From Octopus vulgaris (Eukaryota), in NCBI GenBank assembly GCA_951406725.2, contig OX597825.1, forward strand, positions 35,650,001 through 35,714,000: 64,000 nucleotides of DNA, given 5' to 3'. Of the stretch, positions 27,732 to 41,371 are shown piece after piece. The notes below the pieces were generated by a model, which was not told the origin of the DNA, made no database searches, and saw only the letters and a program-made list of their open reading frames with translations. Positions within the stretch are counted from its first letter, which is position 1; every line of letters begins with the position of its first letter. The translations under genes and the position numbers were made by a program.

Positions 27732-29632
27732 TTTTGTCTTTGGCCAGTAAGTGTTATTTCCTATTTGCTTCAATTTAGAATTCAAAGGAAATGATTATTA
27801 TTCCCTTCAAACTTTGTTTTCTGATCTGGACATCAATGTTTTGAAACTGACCTATTTTCCAATACATTTCCGACAGATTCAACTTTAAGTTGCTGAAGCA
27901 GGAATATCGTTATAGCAAATATTCGGCTCAATATCACAGATTTGTTTGTCAGCTGCTTGACCGTAGCCACTTGACCATGCCCCTTATTGTTTAACAATAT
28001 GTACATCACTGATCACGAGCAGGATTAATGGGGGAGCATCATAGCCATGTGTTGAGAGGGATTCTTTTTAGGTTGAATAAATGTACAAAAGCATATTTTG
28101 AAGGAAATATCAGCCATTTTTCATACTTTCTATGAGTAAGTAAATAGAAAATAATAGTTGCTACCCAAGAACAAAATCGTGTTATCTGCATTAAACATTA
28201 TATTAGGCCCATATTCGACAATTGAATATAGCTTTTGTGTATGCAAGCTGTGTGTATATGAAAAATGCTCAGCAGATGACGGACAAGAAGACTTCATCTG
28301 CGGTGAACACATGTAGCCCATGCATTCTTTGAATTGCCGTTACGTTCTGAGTTCAAATTCTGTCGAGGTCGACTTTGCCTTTCATCCTTTCGGGGTCGAT
28401 TAAATAAGTACCAGTTACACACTAGAGTCGATATAAACGACTTAGTCCCCTTGTCTGTCCTTGTTTGTCCCCTCTATGTTTAGCCCCCTGTGGGCAATAA
28501 AGAAATAAATACATTGTGATGTTGTTTGCGTTGAATAATTTATGCTTCCATTCTATTTGTGTATCACAGAGATGCGCTCGTAATTTTTTCGTGGTTGCTT
28601 CATGGATATTTCGCGATTCCGTCACGATTATCGCCAATAACGGGATGACACGACTTCCAAATAGGAAGTAGTTTTACACGGATTGGTTCATATATTAAGC
28701 CTTGGGTTATATTCTCGTATAATGCACAGCTGTCAGAATCTGAAATGCAAGGAGAGTTTTCACAATAAAGATAACTTTTCGTAATATACGACCTTGGTTT
28801 TGCGATTTCATCACAATTACATCAATAGTATTTCAACTGTGACTGTAGAGGAATGAATAAAAGTTCAATAAAATACGTCTGTGGCATCTACCGATGTTGT
28901 CTGCAAATGTAAAAGATGAATATATTCTATTATTCTTTTGCTGGTTTAGGTCATGAGACTAGGGTATTGCCTTGAAGAGTTTTAGTTGGTGCAATCGACC
29001 TCAGTACTTATTTCAGTTTGGTACCTATGTTATCGTTCTATATTTGTCGGATTGCTAAGTTACATGACATAAAGGGATACGAGTTGCTGGGCTTCTGCCC
29101 AGTTTCCCTTGCTTTCCTAGCTTCCTCCCAGCTTTCCAAATTCCATTCACAATGTATCAGCAAATGCGAGGCTAGAGTGAAAGGCACTTGCCCTAGTGAC
29201 GCTTTTTCATAAATTGGACCAATTGTTTGATTATTGTCTGACCAGATACATCCATGACGCAACTTCAACTTCAAATCCGCAAAAATTATTTGCGCAGCGA
29301 GGGATAATATTTATGCATCCTAGGCTCTAAGATGTCCACATTTAAACAATTTAAATAAACACATCTCACCATCTATTGTAATTATGTTGGTTACAATAAT
29401 GATTTCGATAATTAATATTTACACAAATAACTCTAATATTAATAATAATAACAATGATATTAATTGAGGGTATAAACCCAAAAATAAGTAAAATACTTCT
29501 GAATAAATAATACGCAATACTGCAAAATACAATCAAAGCATAAGTACTATGTAATTGGTCCGTTGTGGATGACTGGCATCTATGCCAATTTGTGAGATAA
29601 TACGGTATCCGCCAAGATAATTTATCCCTTTT

Positions 29633-29684
<52 letters not shown>

Positions 29685-29758
29685 TAATGTGACCGCGTGT
29701 GTACCGTTGGCGATTTTTTACCTCCGTCTTCCCTTCTCTGGATCTTTACTTTTCCTAT

Positions 29759-29793
29759 GTTTCTGACGAAGAGCTCCGCTCGAAACGTTAAAC
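29759..29793 (+). ncRNA. Minimal type-I hammerhead ribozyme motif (canonical CUGACGA core)
   Basis: gttt-CTGACGA-a-gagc(tcc)gctc-GAAA-cgtt-aaac: stem I gttt/aaac, stem II, GUU triplet, loopless palindromic stem III. Confidence 0.72.
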
Positions 29794-29865
29794 CCTCCTT
29801 CTTCCCTTCCTTCCTGAGCGTCCAATAACACTATATTTGTTCCACGTCTTCGCGTTTGTATTAAC

Positions 29866-29950
<85 letters not shown>

Positions 29951-30092
29951 CCCTTAGTAGAAGGAATAGGACCGCAGCTCTTAGAGCTGAAACTAGAAAG
30001 AAAAAAAAAAATTTCACCCTTTTATTATTACTGATAACTATATATATATATATATATATATATGGCCGCAGCTCTGAGCTGAAACTAGAAAG

Positions 30093-30132
<40 letters not shown>

Positions 30133-30272
30133 GCTTTGATAGGGTTAAATGTCTTTACTCGTTTCGTCATGCCTGTTGATCGTTGAAAGACCAGCGCCAA
30201 ATTCAAAACGATATCAGTGTATAATTTTACATAAATAAATAAATGAATAAATAAATAACAAGAACAACAACA

Positions 30273-30351
<79 letters not shown>

Positions 30352-30729
30352 CAACATGTCTCGATGTATATATGTATGCATATATATATATACACATATA
30401 TATAATCACTAAGAATGACTCAATGACTCGACAGGTAATCGATGTTATGATTTCATACCAGTGTGAATTAAACAGCTGGTAACAATAAACCTCAAATGTC
30501 CCATGAAAAGAACATATGGAATATGTAGCACAAGTTACCTTGCAGGATACCTGGATCCAGCAGTTACCATCCACCTCGTCAACAACTGGAGTTTTGTTTG
30601 TTTACATGTATATACACGACTTTCACATGCGGAATTAAGTACTTGATGTTTCTAAAATAAGTGTGCCACTTTATTATTTCACTGATTCGCGTAGTTAATC
30701 CTGTTTCGAGCCTAGGTGCTCTTGCTCAT

Positions 30730-31283
<554 letters not shown>

Positions 31284-33104
31284 TCACCCACAAATCATTA
31301 ATGAACAGTACAAAACCATACCCCAGGGTACTCCATACTATCATCGAACCATGTGAAAACTGATTGTGAAGCGAAATTGACCATGTTGGCATTTTAATGA
31401 GGTTTAATTGTAACAACTATTTTTGCCGGGTATGAAACCACCCAGAGGTTTTCTTCGTTGGTTTATTTCCTTGAGTGAGCAAATGCATTCCTTTCTTTCT
31501 TTCTTTCTTTCTTTCTTTTTCTTTTATTATGAACAGGTTGTTAGAGAGTAAAGTAGACAGAATATTATTACCTTATTCTTTACACGGATGTATCCACGTT
31601 GAACTACGCAGATGACATCTATTAATTTACTCGTCATCGTTGCAAAGACACGAATCACAAGATTCATGACACAGGTAGATTTGACATCAATGACCTACTT
31701 GACATATTTTAACAGTTGAAAATTAGTATTAACATATTTCAGGAAGAGAGCTGCAAGAAGACAGCTACAAGTAATTATGTGGCGTAGAAAAAGCAACATT
31801 AATCAAATATGAATTTTTTTCACGACAAATTGGGCAGATAATTCCAAATATGTTTTGGTATTATTACGATGGTATTATGATAGTCGACGAGCTGGGTGGA
31901 TCGTCACTTTGTTGGACAGAGTGTTTAGCAGCCTATCTTCCGACCTTTTACGTGCCAAATGTAAATCCCGCTGAGCTCAGCTATACCTTTCATCCTTTCG
32001 AGGTCGGTAAAATAATGTACCAGTCAAGTACTTGGGTCGATCTAATAGACTTGGAGGTCAATCTAATAGACCCCTAAAATTTGCTAACCATGTGTCAAAA
32101 TTAGAAAGAATATGAGGTTTTTTGCGTTTTTGCAGAAGCAGTATTGAGAAAACTACTCTGCGCTCGCTGTGAAGGTGCATGGCTTGTGAAGGCGCATGGT
32201 TTAGTAGTTAGGGTGTTGCACTCACGATTGCGGGATCGTGATTTCAATTCCCAGACCGGGCGTTGCGCTGTGTTCGTGAGCAAAACACTTCATTTCACGT
32301 TGCTCTGCGGTCATTTCTTCATCTGACATGTCGCATATCGTACACCTGTACAGGTAATGTCGATTTGATGGAGGGAGTGAGCCAGTTGGCCTTCATAGTA
32401 TGTCCAATAATTGGCTTCAAGTTTTGGTACAAAACCAGCAATTTTGTAGAAAGCGGGCCAGTCGATTACATCAACCCCAGTGCTCAACTGACACTTATTT
32501 TATAGACTCTGAAACGATGAAAGTTAAAGTCGACTTCGGCAGAATTTGACCTTAGAACGTGAATACGGACGAAATGCCCCTGAGTATTTTGCCCGGCGTG
32601 CTAACGATTCGGCCAGTTGGTTGTCTTCGTGTGTCCTGTAATTGATGTGGCATATCTACTTGATAGCAGAGTCTAGAAAAAGAAAAACGACAGAAGTAGA
32701 ATATTATACCGGGTGAAATCCTCAATAATAAATAATGAAAATGATAAGGTCATCATTCCATGAATTACCTTTGGAACCTTGCAAACCGTGACGAAGAATT
32801 TGGAAATAAACTTTGAAACCGAGATCTTAATCTAAGAGTACGTGCAGTGCAGAAAACTTATTAATTTGAGTCAATAAAGTCCTCGATGATAATTTAGGAT
32901 AGTTATGAACAGTGTGGAAGGATCTTAATACAATCTTGTCAATACAATAAGGTTTCTTATCCTCGACAGTGGGTTGTGATCTTATACGCTCCGTAATCAA
33001 AAATGTTACAATATCAATGCTATGTAGTAGCAAAATGATAATAATAATAATAACAACAACAGCAACGGCAATAATGATAATAGTAACAATGATAATAATA
33101 ATAA

Positions 33105-33163
<59 letters not shown>

Positions 33164-33166
33164 ATA

Positions 33167-33234
<68 letters not shown>

Positions 33235-33235
33235 C

Positions 33236-33276
<41 letters not shown>

Positions 33277-33277
33277 A

Positions 33278-33828
33278 ATGCATGCCCTGATGCAGTATCA
33301 AGCAGTGGTTCTCGTGGCTGCTGATCTCAACTGATTGGAAGTACTATCATATATATATATTGTCTCGGTATAAAGATGGCAAACATACAGCTCAATACCA
33401 CAGATTTTTTTGTCAGTTGTTTAACCATAACCAGTTGAGCATGTCCCTTAGTGGCTGACGATATGTGCATCTCTGATCACGAGCAGAAGTAGTGGGGGAG
33501 CATCATAGCCATGTGTTGAGAGGTATTCTTTGGGGTTTGAATAATTCACCTCTGGAAACATGGGTGTTTCATTCAACATCTTTAAACAACCCTTATTCAG
33601 GGACCTCTTGAGCGGGATGGGTTACTCGACCAGAAGAACATTCTAACTGGACCCCACCTGCAAGGTCATGTGCTGTTTATCTTGATATGAGATTACCATG
33701 TCGCACACATATGGTTGTGATGCATGTGCCAAGTGTACCCTTATCAGACAGGTAGTCATGATGGGTATACTGGGTTTCGTATATTTTACCTCAGTGTCAC
33801 TTTGATAGCATGCACTATTCTCTCACTC

Positions 33829-33877
<49 letters not shown>

Positions 33878-33890
33878 GTAATAATAATAA
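33278..33890 (+). mobile_element. Interspersed element ending in (AAT)n, probable LINE 3' UTR
   Basis: Fragments recur at 27890-28080 and 47645-47800 (cagtgtcactttgat.gcatgcac...ctctcactc + (AAT)n); lies between ATT/AAT arrays. Confidence 0.65.
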
Positions 33891-34119
33891 TCCTTTCTAG
33901 TAAAGGCACAAGGCCTGAAATTTGGAGGAGGGCGATATTCAATTACATTGACCCCAGTACAGAACAGGTATTTATTTTATCGGCCCCAAAAGGATGAAAG
34001 GCAAAGTCGACCTCGGCAGAATTTGAACTCAGAATACAAAGATGGAGAAAATACTGCTAAGCATTTTGCCCGGCGTGCTCACGATTCTGCCAGCTCGCAG
34101 CCTTGGACGAAGCCATTGC

Positions 34120-34800
34120 CCATATCGCGAACGAATGCCTTAGACTTGCTCCAGACCACTACAAGTTGTGGCGATACGATGAGGTAGCGAAAGTACTACA
34201 TTGAAAACTGTGTGAAAAGTGAGGTCTAGAGAGAGGCAAGACGTGGTATGAATACAAACTGCAGAGAGTGGCGGAGCGAAGACCTGCAAAATCCTCTGGG
34301 ATTTCCCAATCTAAATAGATCAGGTGGTAGAGCATAACAAATCGGACCTAGTGGTGGTCGACAAGATGCACCACATATGATATATAGTTGATGTTACGTG
34401 CTCTTTTGACTCACAAATAGCCAAGAAAGAAGGCGAAAAATATATATGTACAACCCTCTTAAGTACGAAATAACTCGGCTATGGAAAATGAAGAACTTGA
34501 AGATTGAGCCAATTATCGTTGGGTGCTTGGGGATAGTGTCAGAGAACATCAAGGGGAATATAAAGGAAATCGGAATAGAGTGCCCAGTAGAATTGTTACA
34601 AAAGGTTTACCTCCTTGGCGCTGCCAGAATAATCAGGAAGTATTAGATAGTTGAAAAAAACCGGATAGCATGGTACCGTAGGCTACAGGTGGTAAACCCA
34701 TTACACTCACATGCAAGACTCTAGGAGTCACAATAAAACCTGAGGTAATAATAATAATAATATTGGCTCAAACAATAAAACCTGAGATAATAATTATAAT
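34120..34800 (+). mobile_element. R4/Dong-like LINE 3' end (RLE domain pseudogene plus (TAA)n tail)
   Basis: Frameshifted LAPDHYKLWRYDEVAKVLH, CKILWDFPI, EHNKSDLVVVDK..YIVDV.C.FD, then YNPLKYEITRLWKM...PIIVGCLG...LLQKVYLLGAARIIRK. Confidence 0.85.
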
Positions 34801-34816
34801 AATAAGTTTGGCTCAA

Positions 34817-35026
34817 AAGGCAGCGAGTTGGCAGAAACGTTAGCACGCCGGGAGAAATGCTTAGTAGTATTTCGTCTATCTTTATGTTCGTAGTTCAAAT
34901 TCCGCTGAGGTCGATTTTGCATTTCATCCTTTTGGGATCGATAGATTAAGTACCAGTTGCGTACTGAGGTTGATCTAATCGACTGGCCCCTCCCCCAACA
35001 TTTCGGGCCTTGTGCCTGAGTAGAAA
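34817..35026 (+). mobile_element. SINE A monomer with 19-bp TSD
   Basis: aataataa(g/t)tttggctcaa at 34798-34816 and 35027-35045 (1 mismatch). Confidence 0.9.
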
Positions 35027-37829
35027 AATAATAATTTTGGCTCAAGGCCACCAATTTTAGACTGTAGTGTAAGTTGATACTATCAGAGCAACAAGTGAGG
35101 TAGTTATCAGACTTCGGTTGGGTTTGAACTCACAACGTAAATAACCAGAAGATATACAATAACCATTCTGTACAACTCGTTAACGATTCTACTATTTCGC
35201 CAATAACAACAGTAATCTCTGATTTAAGCATAAAGCCAACAGTTTTGAGGTGAGGAGCGAGTCGATTATATTTCCCCCAGTACATGTCTAGTATTTATTT
35301 TATTGAATTCAAAAGGATGGAAAGCGAAGTTGACCTCGGTGGGTACTGAACTCAGATCCTAATGATTCAGATGAAATGCTGTTAGCCAGTATGTCCGACG
35401 GGCTAAGAATTCTGCCAGCTCGCCAACAATAGTAACAACAACGATGATAATGGCTTCAGATTTGACTTTTAAATTTATTTTTTTAATAATAAGAATAGTG
35501 GTTTCCTTTATTTGCTTATAATAATGATAATAAACATTAATGGTACAGAGAAATAATGAACATTATTGAAAATCATTTTTAAAAAGTTTATGAACGTTTA
35601 GTCTTTTACTTTTTTAAGTCGAATTGATTTAAAATGTTAGAATAAGCAAATAATGCGAAAGTAAAAGTACAAAGAAAAAAAGAAGGAAATAAGGAGAAAG
35701 CATGAAAATCAAGAAAGAGAGGGGAAAAAAGGAAATCAAGGGAAAAGAATAAAATAAAGACAACATCAAAAAAAAAGTCACAGTTGTAGAAATCAATTGA
35801 GGGTGTTTGTTCATACCACTGTACCACAAGTTTGTGTTGTAAACAAAATGGTTGCTATCTTACTCCACCGAGTCATTAGCGTGGTGTGTTTCCGTTGATG
35901 ATTGCACTGAAATGAGCCAATGTAAAAAGTCAACACGGAAAAGTAATTGTCACACTGTCCGCAACTACCCCAGTATTAAGGGCAGATCAACAAAAAATGA
36001 AGTGATTATGAAGGACAGACGATACAAAATGCTTTTTACTCTTCTTCCTCCATTTTGTTTTCTTTTGGGTTTTAACTTATTGTTTTTCTTTTTTTCTTTT
36101 TCATTGTTACATTTACTTCACAGTGTGGGAATACTCAACATATAACTGAATATCGGAAATATTTTTTCTTCCATTTTATTTCTTGTTTCTTGCTTTTATT
36201 ATTTTTTTTCTCACTGACGGAAGAAATATCGTCGGCTGAGAAGATAGATTGATTCTTTTTCAGTGGACACAAACTAACAGACGGTCAACAAAAGAACTGG
36301 GAGACAAGTGTGAATGAGAAAATATTGACGAAAGAGATGCAAAACTGCTTAGTGTCTTAATAGCCTCATACGTAAGAAATCTAAGAAGAAAAAAAAGTAG
36401 CAGCGCGTTGAACGTAGTTCTTTTTGTATATTTTCTTTTATTCTGATTACACTTTTTGTCAGTTAGCTCATAAAAGTAAACATTTTTGCGAGCGTTTCTA
36501 TATTAATATTGCTGACTATTTGAGATATTATTGTGAAAAACAAAAAAGGTGTTGCAAAAATAATAAAAATTATTTCGGGATTTTCGGGAATGCTTTTCAT
36601 CTATTTAGTTTATTTTCATAGAACGATGAGTGCTTGCTGTGATTTAAGATTAACAGTCAATACAGTTCGTTTTAAATCCGCACACCGGTCGTTGCTGTTT
36701 AACCCAAGTCAGTCTTAGTTGGGTAAACCTATGATTAATGGTGATCAATTGTTGGGTTGGGTATATCTAGGATTACATTATCTGATGTGATACTTCATTA
36801 TTTAAAACGTGGTCCAGCAGAGCCATACGAATTGACGGTACAGTCGTGACCTTCCAATGCATCCATTTTTCAGAGCAATAAAGTGTAATTTAAGAGAAAT
36901 TTAACTTTCTAAATCCCATCGCGCTAAGAGACTCATCCGCAACCGGATGTCCTTTCAGCTAGAATCTCTGTCGGGAATAATCATTCTTATTATTTGGCTT
37001 CCTATTAGGTAACGAGCTGACAAAATCGTTAGCGCACCGGACAAAATGCTTAGCAGCATTTCTTCCGGCTCTTTATACTCTTAGTCTAAATTTCGCAGAA
37101 GTCTACTTTGCCCTTCATTCTTTCTGGGTCGATAAAATCTGTACCAGTTGAACTGAGCACTGGGTCGATCTAATTGACTTAATCCTCTAAAATTGCTGAC
37201 TTTGTGCCAAAATTTGGAGCCCTTTTAAATTTTCTTAAAAGAAGGCGGATTGACAGAAATAATAGATCTCCGGGCAAAATGACTTGCAGTACATATTTAT
37301 GTCCCCTTACTCTCTGAATTCCAATCCCGCCGAGCTCATCTTTACTTTTTTTTTTTACTTTCAGGTGTTTTTAAGATATGAACCAGTCATTTACTGGAGG
37401 GTTGATTTTATTGAATTCGCCCTCTAAAATTTGTGACATCGTACTTCGCGACATTGCGATATGTAGTTTTGTACAATTTGACCTTGTACCTAATAGACTT
37501 TATGACTTTGCACCTTGCAATTTCATTGTACTTTTATTATCTTGCACTTTGTAACTTTTGTCTTGTGGCCTTGAATTTTATGACCTTGCGCCATGGAACC
37601 ATGTGACCTTGTGATGTAGTGACCTTGTAAGGTATCATTCTCTTATTGATGCTTATCCCCTGACTTCCTTTATATTCTATATACTTCAAATGAAATAATC
37701 ATCACTGATTGAATTTTTGGATTTACTGCATTTGAACTACATAAGACTAAACATAACACCCCTATGGTTTGATTTACTATGCGGTTTGTAGCCTGGTCCA
37801 CTACAGAAACATTTTTCGAGTATCTATCT

Positions 37830-37868
<39 letters not shown>

Positions 37869-38036
37869 ATTAGGGAGTATACCTCCAAACTTACAAGGAA
37901 AAATTCAATTTAGTATGCACCAGTGTATATATTATATGTTTTATAATATATTTTTTTTTCTATATGATATGGTTTATGTCTATCATTGTTTGAATTGTAT
38001 AATAATTGTATAATAGTGGTTTTTCCCTAATTTATA

Positions 38037-38079
<43 letters not shown>

Positions 38080-38558
38080 ATTATGAATGTAAGTAAGAAA
38101 ACAATAAAAAAAATTAACATGATGACAATTATTCTTATCTTTCGCGTAGCCTTTTCGACTTTTAAATTTTGGGAATGCCTTGATAATTTTTAATGTGATC
38201 ATTTGTTCTGTATGAGCTTTGGAGCAAAGGTATTTCTCAAAAAATCAGAGTTCAGCCACATTTTAATCCAGGCTGGTTGGTTTCTTATCTTTTCACTCCA
38301 ATTATATTTAGGTTTTTGTGTCTGGTTTGCAAGGTTCTTTATGTGAACTCATGTGTTGAAGCAAATAATGTTGTGTCTGGGGAGAGTCACTTTGTCTTAA
38401 TGCTTTATTATCTAACACACTCACCGCTTCGATTTCCACAAAAGCAACAAAAATTCTGGAAGAAAACATATATAAATAATAAATGTGTGGAAATCGGACC
38501 GGTGAGTGTGTTAGATAATGAGGAATTAAGACAATATATTAATTATATCAAGTCACTT

Positions 38559-38768
38559 AAGGCGGTGAGCAGGCAGAAACGTTAGCACGCCGGGCGAAAT
38601 GCTTAGTATTTCGTCTGTCTTTACGTTCTGAGTTCAAATTCCGCCCAGATCAACTTTGCCTTTCATCTTTTCGGGGTCGATAAATACGTACCAGTTGCGT
38701 ACTGGAATCGATCTAATCAACTGGCCCCCTCCCCCAAAATTTCGGGCCTTGTGCCTAGAGTAGAAAAG
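38559..38768 (+). mobile_element. SINE A monomer with 18-bp TSD
   Basis: aattatatcaagtcactt at 38541-38558 and 38769-38786; A-box-like TGGCAGAAACG and B-box GAGTTCAAATTCC. Confidence 0.93.
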
Positions 38769-38943
38769 AATTATATCAAGTCACTTGTGTCCTTAATTTG
38801 GTAACTGTTTTTATTCTTAGGTTCCGTTTTTGACGAGCTGTCGCTGAGTAGTGCTAATATGTCATCCGCCAGGTGTTGGGAGTCGCCAACAGTGGACGCA
38901 GTATGCGCCGTTTCAGGCCATGCCCCATTCTACCACCACCACC

Positions 38944-38989
<46 letters not shown>

Positions 38990-39308
38990 TCATCTAAATT
39001 GTTCTGACTTTCACAATAGTGCACCATGTCTGTACGTATGTACGGAGGGACGGACAAGTTTTCTTTTGAGTTTTATTTAAGTTCTCCGTGAGAGAGTTCA
39101 AGCCGGTCGCTAACAGACCAACAAGACTTTTTGAGTTAAGAGAGTTCCCAGTGTTTGTAAATATGTGGTTGGTTTGGCGAATTGACGATACATACACCTA
39201 AGTGTGTGCATCTATTCACAAAAGAATCCCAGATGGCGAATTATGTATGTGTTTATGACCCTACCTATCTCACTTTCTCCCTCTCCCTCTCCCTCTCTCT
39301 CTCTTACT

Positions 39309-39398
<90 letters not shown>

Positions 39399-39478
39399 AT
39401 ATATATATATATATAATGCACTGTTCTGTGATAGAAGATTAAAAGAAGTACTCCACCTGGTGAGAGCTAAATATTATT

Positions 39479-39856
39479 TATTTAAAGGACACAACACATG
39501 TCTTTAAGTGCTACTGATCGTTTCATAAGCTGAGAAATATCTCAAGCATATTCCTCAGGCACAAACCACATATCATAACGAGCTACAAAAAAATTCAAGA
39601 GAAGAAACGCGAAAAAATTTTCTTTTTTACTTTTACTTTTTTATTTTTTACTTTTTACTGTTTAAATTTTAGTTTTCCGTTCTCCATTTTATTCCCCTTC
39701 TGCGTTTTCTATATGTTGGCTTTTCAGTTTTCTCGAACTTCTCTTATTCAATTTTTTTGGTTCGTTATGATATGTGGTTTGTGCATGAGGAGAGATATTT
39801 CTCAATATATGAAACTATTATTAGCACTTAAAGACATGTATTATGTCCTTTAAATA
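39479..39856. repeat. Long imperfect inverted repeat (arms about 125 bp), Penelope inverted-pLTR-like
   Basis: 39479-39605 is the reverse complement of about 39738-39856 with scattered substitutions and a short indel. Confidence 0.85.
39508..39562 (-). ncRNA. Type-I hammerhead ribozyme motif
   Basis: Minus strand gtgc-CTGAGGA-atatgcttgaga(tatt)tctcagcttat-GAAA-c(gatca)GTA-gcac; stems I and II pair; degenerate partner at 39781-39827(+). Confidence 0.7.
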
Positions 39857-40517
39857 GACAATATACATACACATATATATATATATATATATATAGATAT
39901 ACACATACACACAAACACATGCCCTCACGCACGCACACACATACACAAACGCATGCCCTCACGCACACACACACACGTACGTTAGTACGTACACGCACGC
40001 ACATACACGCACGCACATACACAGATTCACACATATATGAACAATGTACTACTCTAGTGCTATTTAACTTCTCTGATATATTTTCATAAACGACGTTCAA
40101 ATATTCGTTTGTTTGTTTCTCAATAAATACTGCTTCAGTGACCACGGCATGTCTACAATGAAATACTGAATACGTTCTTTGTTAGTATTTTCTTAAATCA
40201 ATTGATTGTACAATAAAAACATCGACAGTTCGTTGGTCGGTCACCAGACGTAGAGCAGGTGTGTTGGACTTTATTTTTATTGAGTTGTTTTCGTATTTGT
40301 TTTTTGTTTTTGTTTTGATAAAGGGGTCAGAGCTCAGTGATCAATATCAATTAGGTTTTATACGTCATAGACTATTTACCGAGATAAGAGTGATTGGGGT
40401 TCATTTTCGGTGGACAATCTAAATTGTAGCTATGTGTCTGTCTGTATCTGTCTGTGAATGTGTGTGCGTGTGTGAGTGTATGTGTGTGTTTTTATGTGCC
40501 TGTGCGTATCTGTGCAT

Positions 40518-40552
<35 letters not shown>

Positions 40553-40571
40553 TATCTATCATTCAATCTAC

Positions 40572-40671
<100 letters not shown>

Positions 40672-40675
40672 TTCC

Positions 40676-40719
<44 letters not shown>

Positions 40720-40980
40720 GTATGTGTGTGTGTATATAAATATATATTCTTTCATTCTTTTACTTGTTTCAGTCATTTGACTTCAGCCGTGCTGGAGCAC
40801 CGCTTTGAAGGGTTTCAGTTGAAGAAATCGACTCCAGGACTTATTCTTTGTAAGCCTAGTACTTATTCTATCATCTCTTTTGCCGAACCGCTAAGTTACA
40901 GGGACCTAAACACACAGGCATCGGTTGTGAAGCGGTGGCGAAGGGGACAAACACGGACACACAAACATACAAATATATGC

Positions 40981-41054
<74 letters not shown>

Positions 41055-41132
41055 GATAGATCGTTAGCCACTACACACATTTTTTCTCTCCTTTTATCTC
41101 TCCTTGTTTCTCTCCTTGTTTTTTCTGTGTCC

Positions 41133-41168
41133 CTTTCTGTAGAAGAGCGCAGGCTCGAAACGTAAAAT
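41133..41168 (+). ncRNA. Minimal hammerhead motif, CUGUAGA core variant
   Basis: cttt-CTGTAGA-a-gagc(gcag)gctc-GAAA-cGTA-aaat within a cassette (41055-41255) homologous to 24790-24960. Confidence 0.58.
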
Positions 41169-41258
41169 ACTTTTTCTATTCCTAAGCGTTATACTAATAC
41201 ATCTGTTTGTACACCACCTGTTTTCGTCTTTTGTTTTTTTCGTAAACTCTCCCTATAG

Positions 41259-41371
<113 letters not shown>

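Noticed and set aside
30145-30445. Possible split hammerhead on the minus strand (ctgtcga-gtcat ... atgac-gaaacgagta)
   Set aside because: Halves are about 270 nt apart and stem I does not pair.
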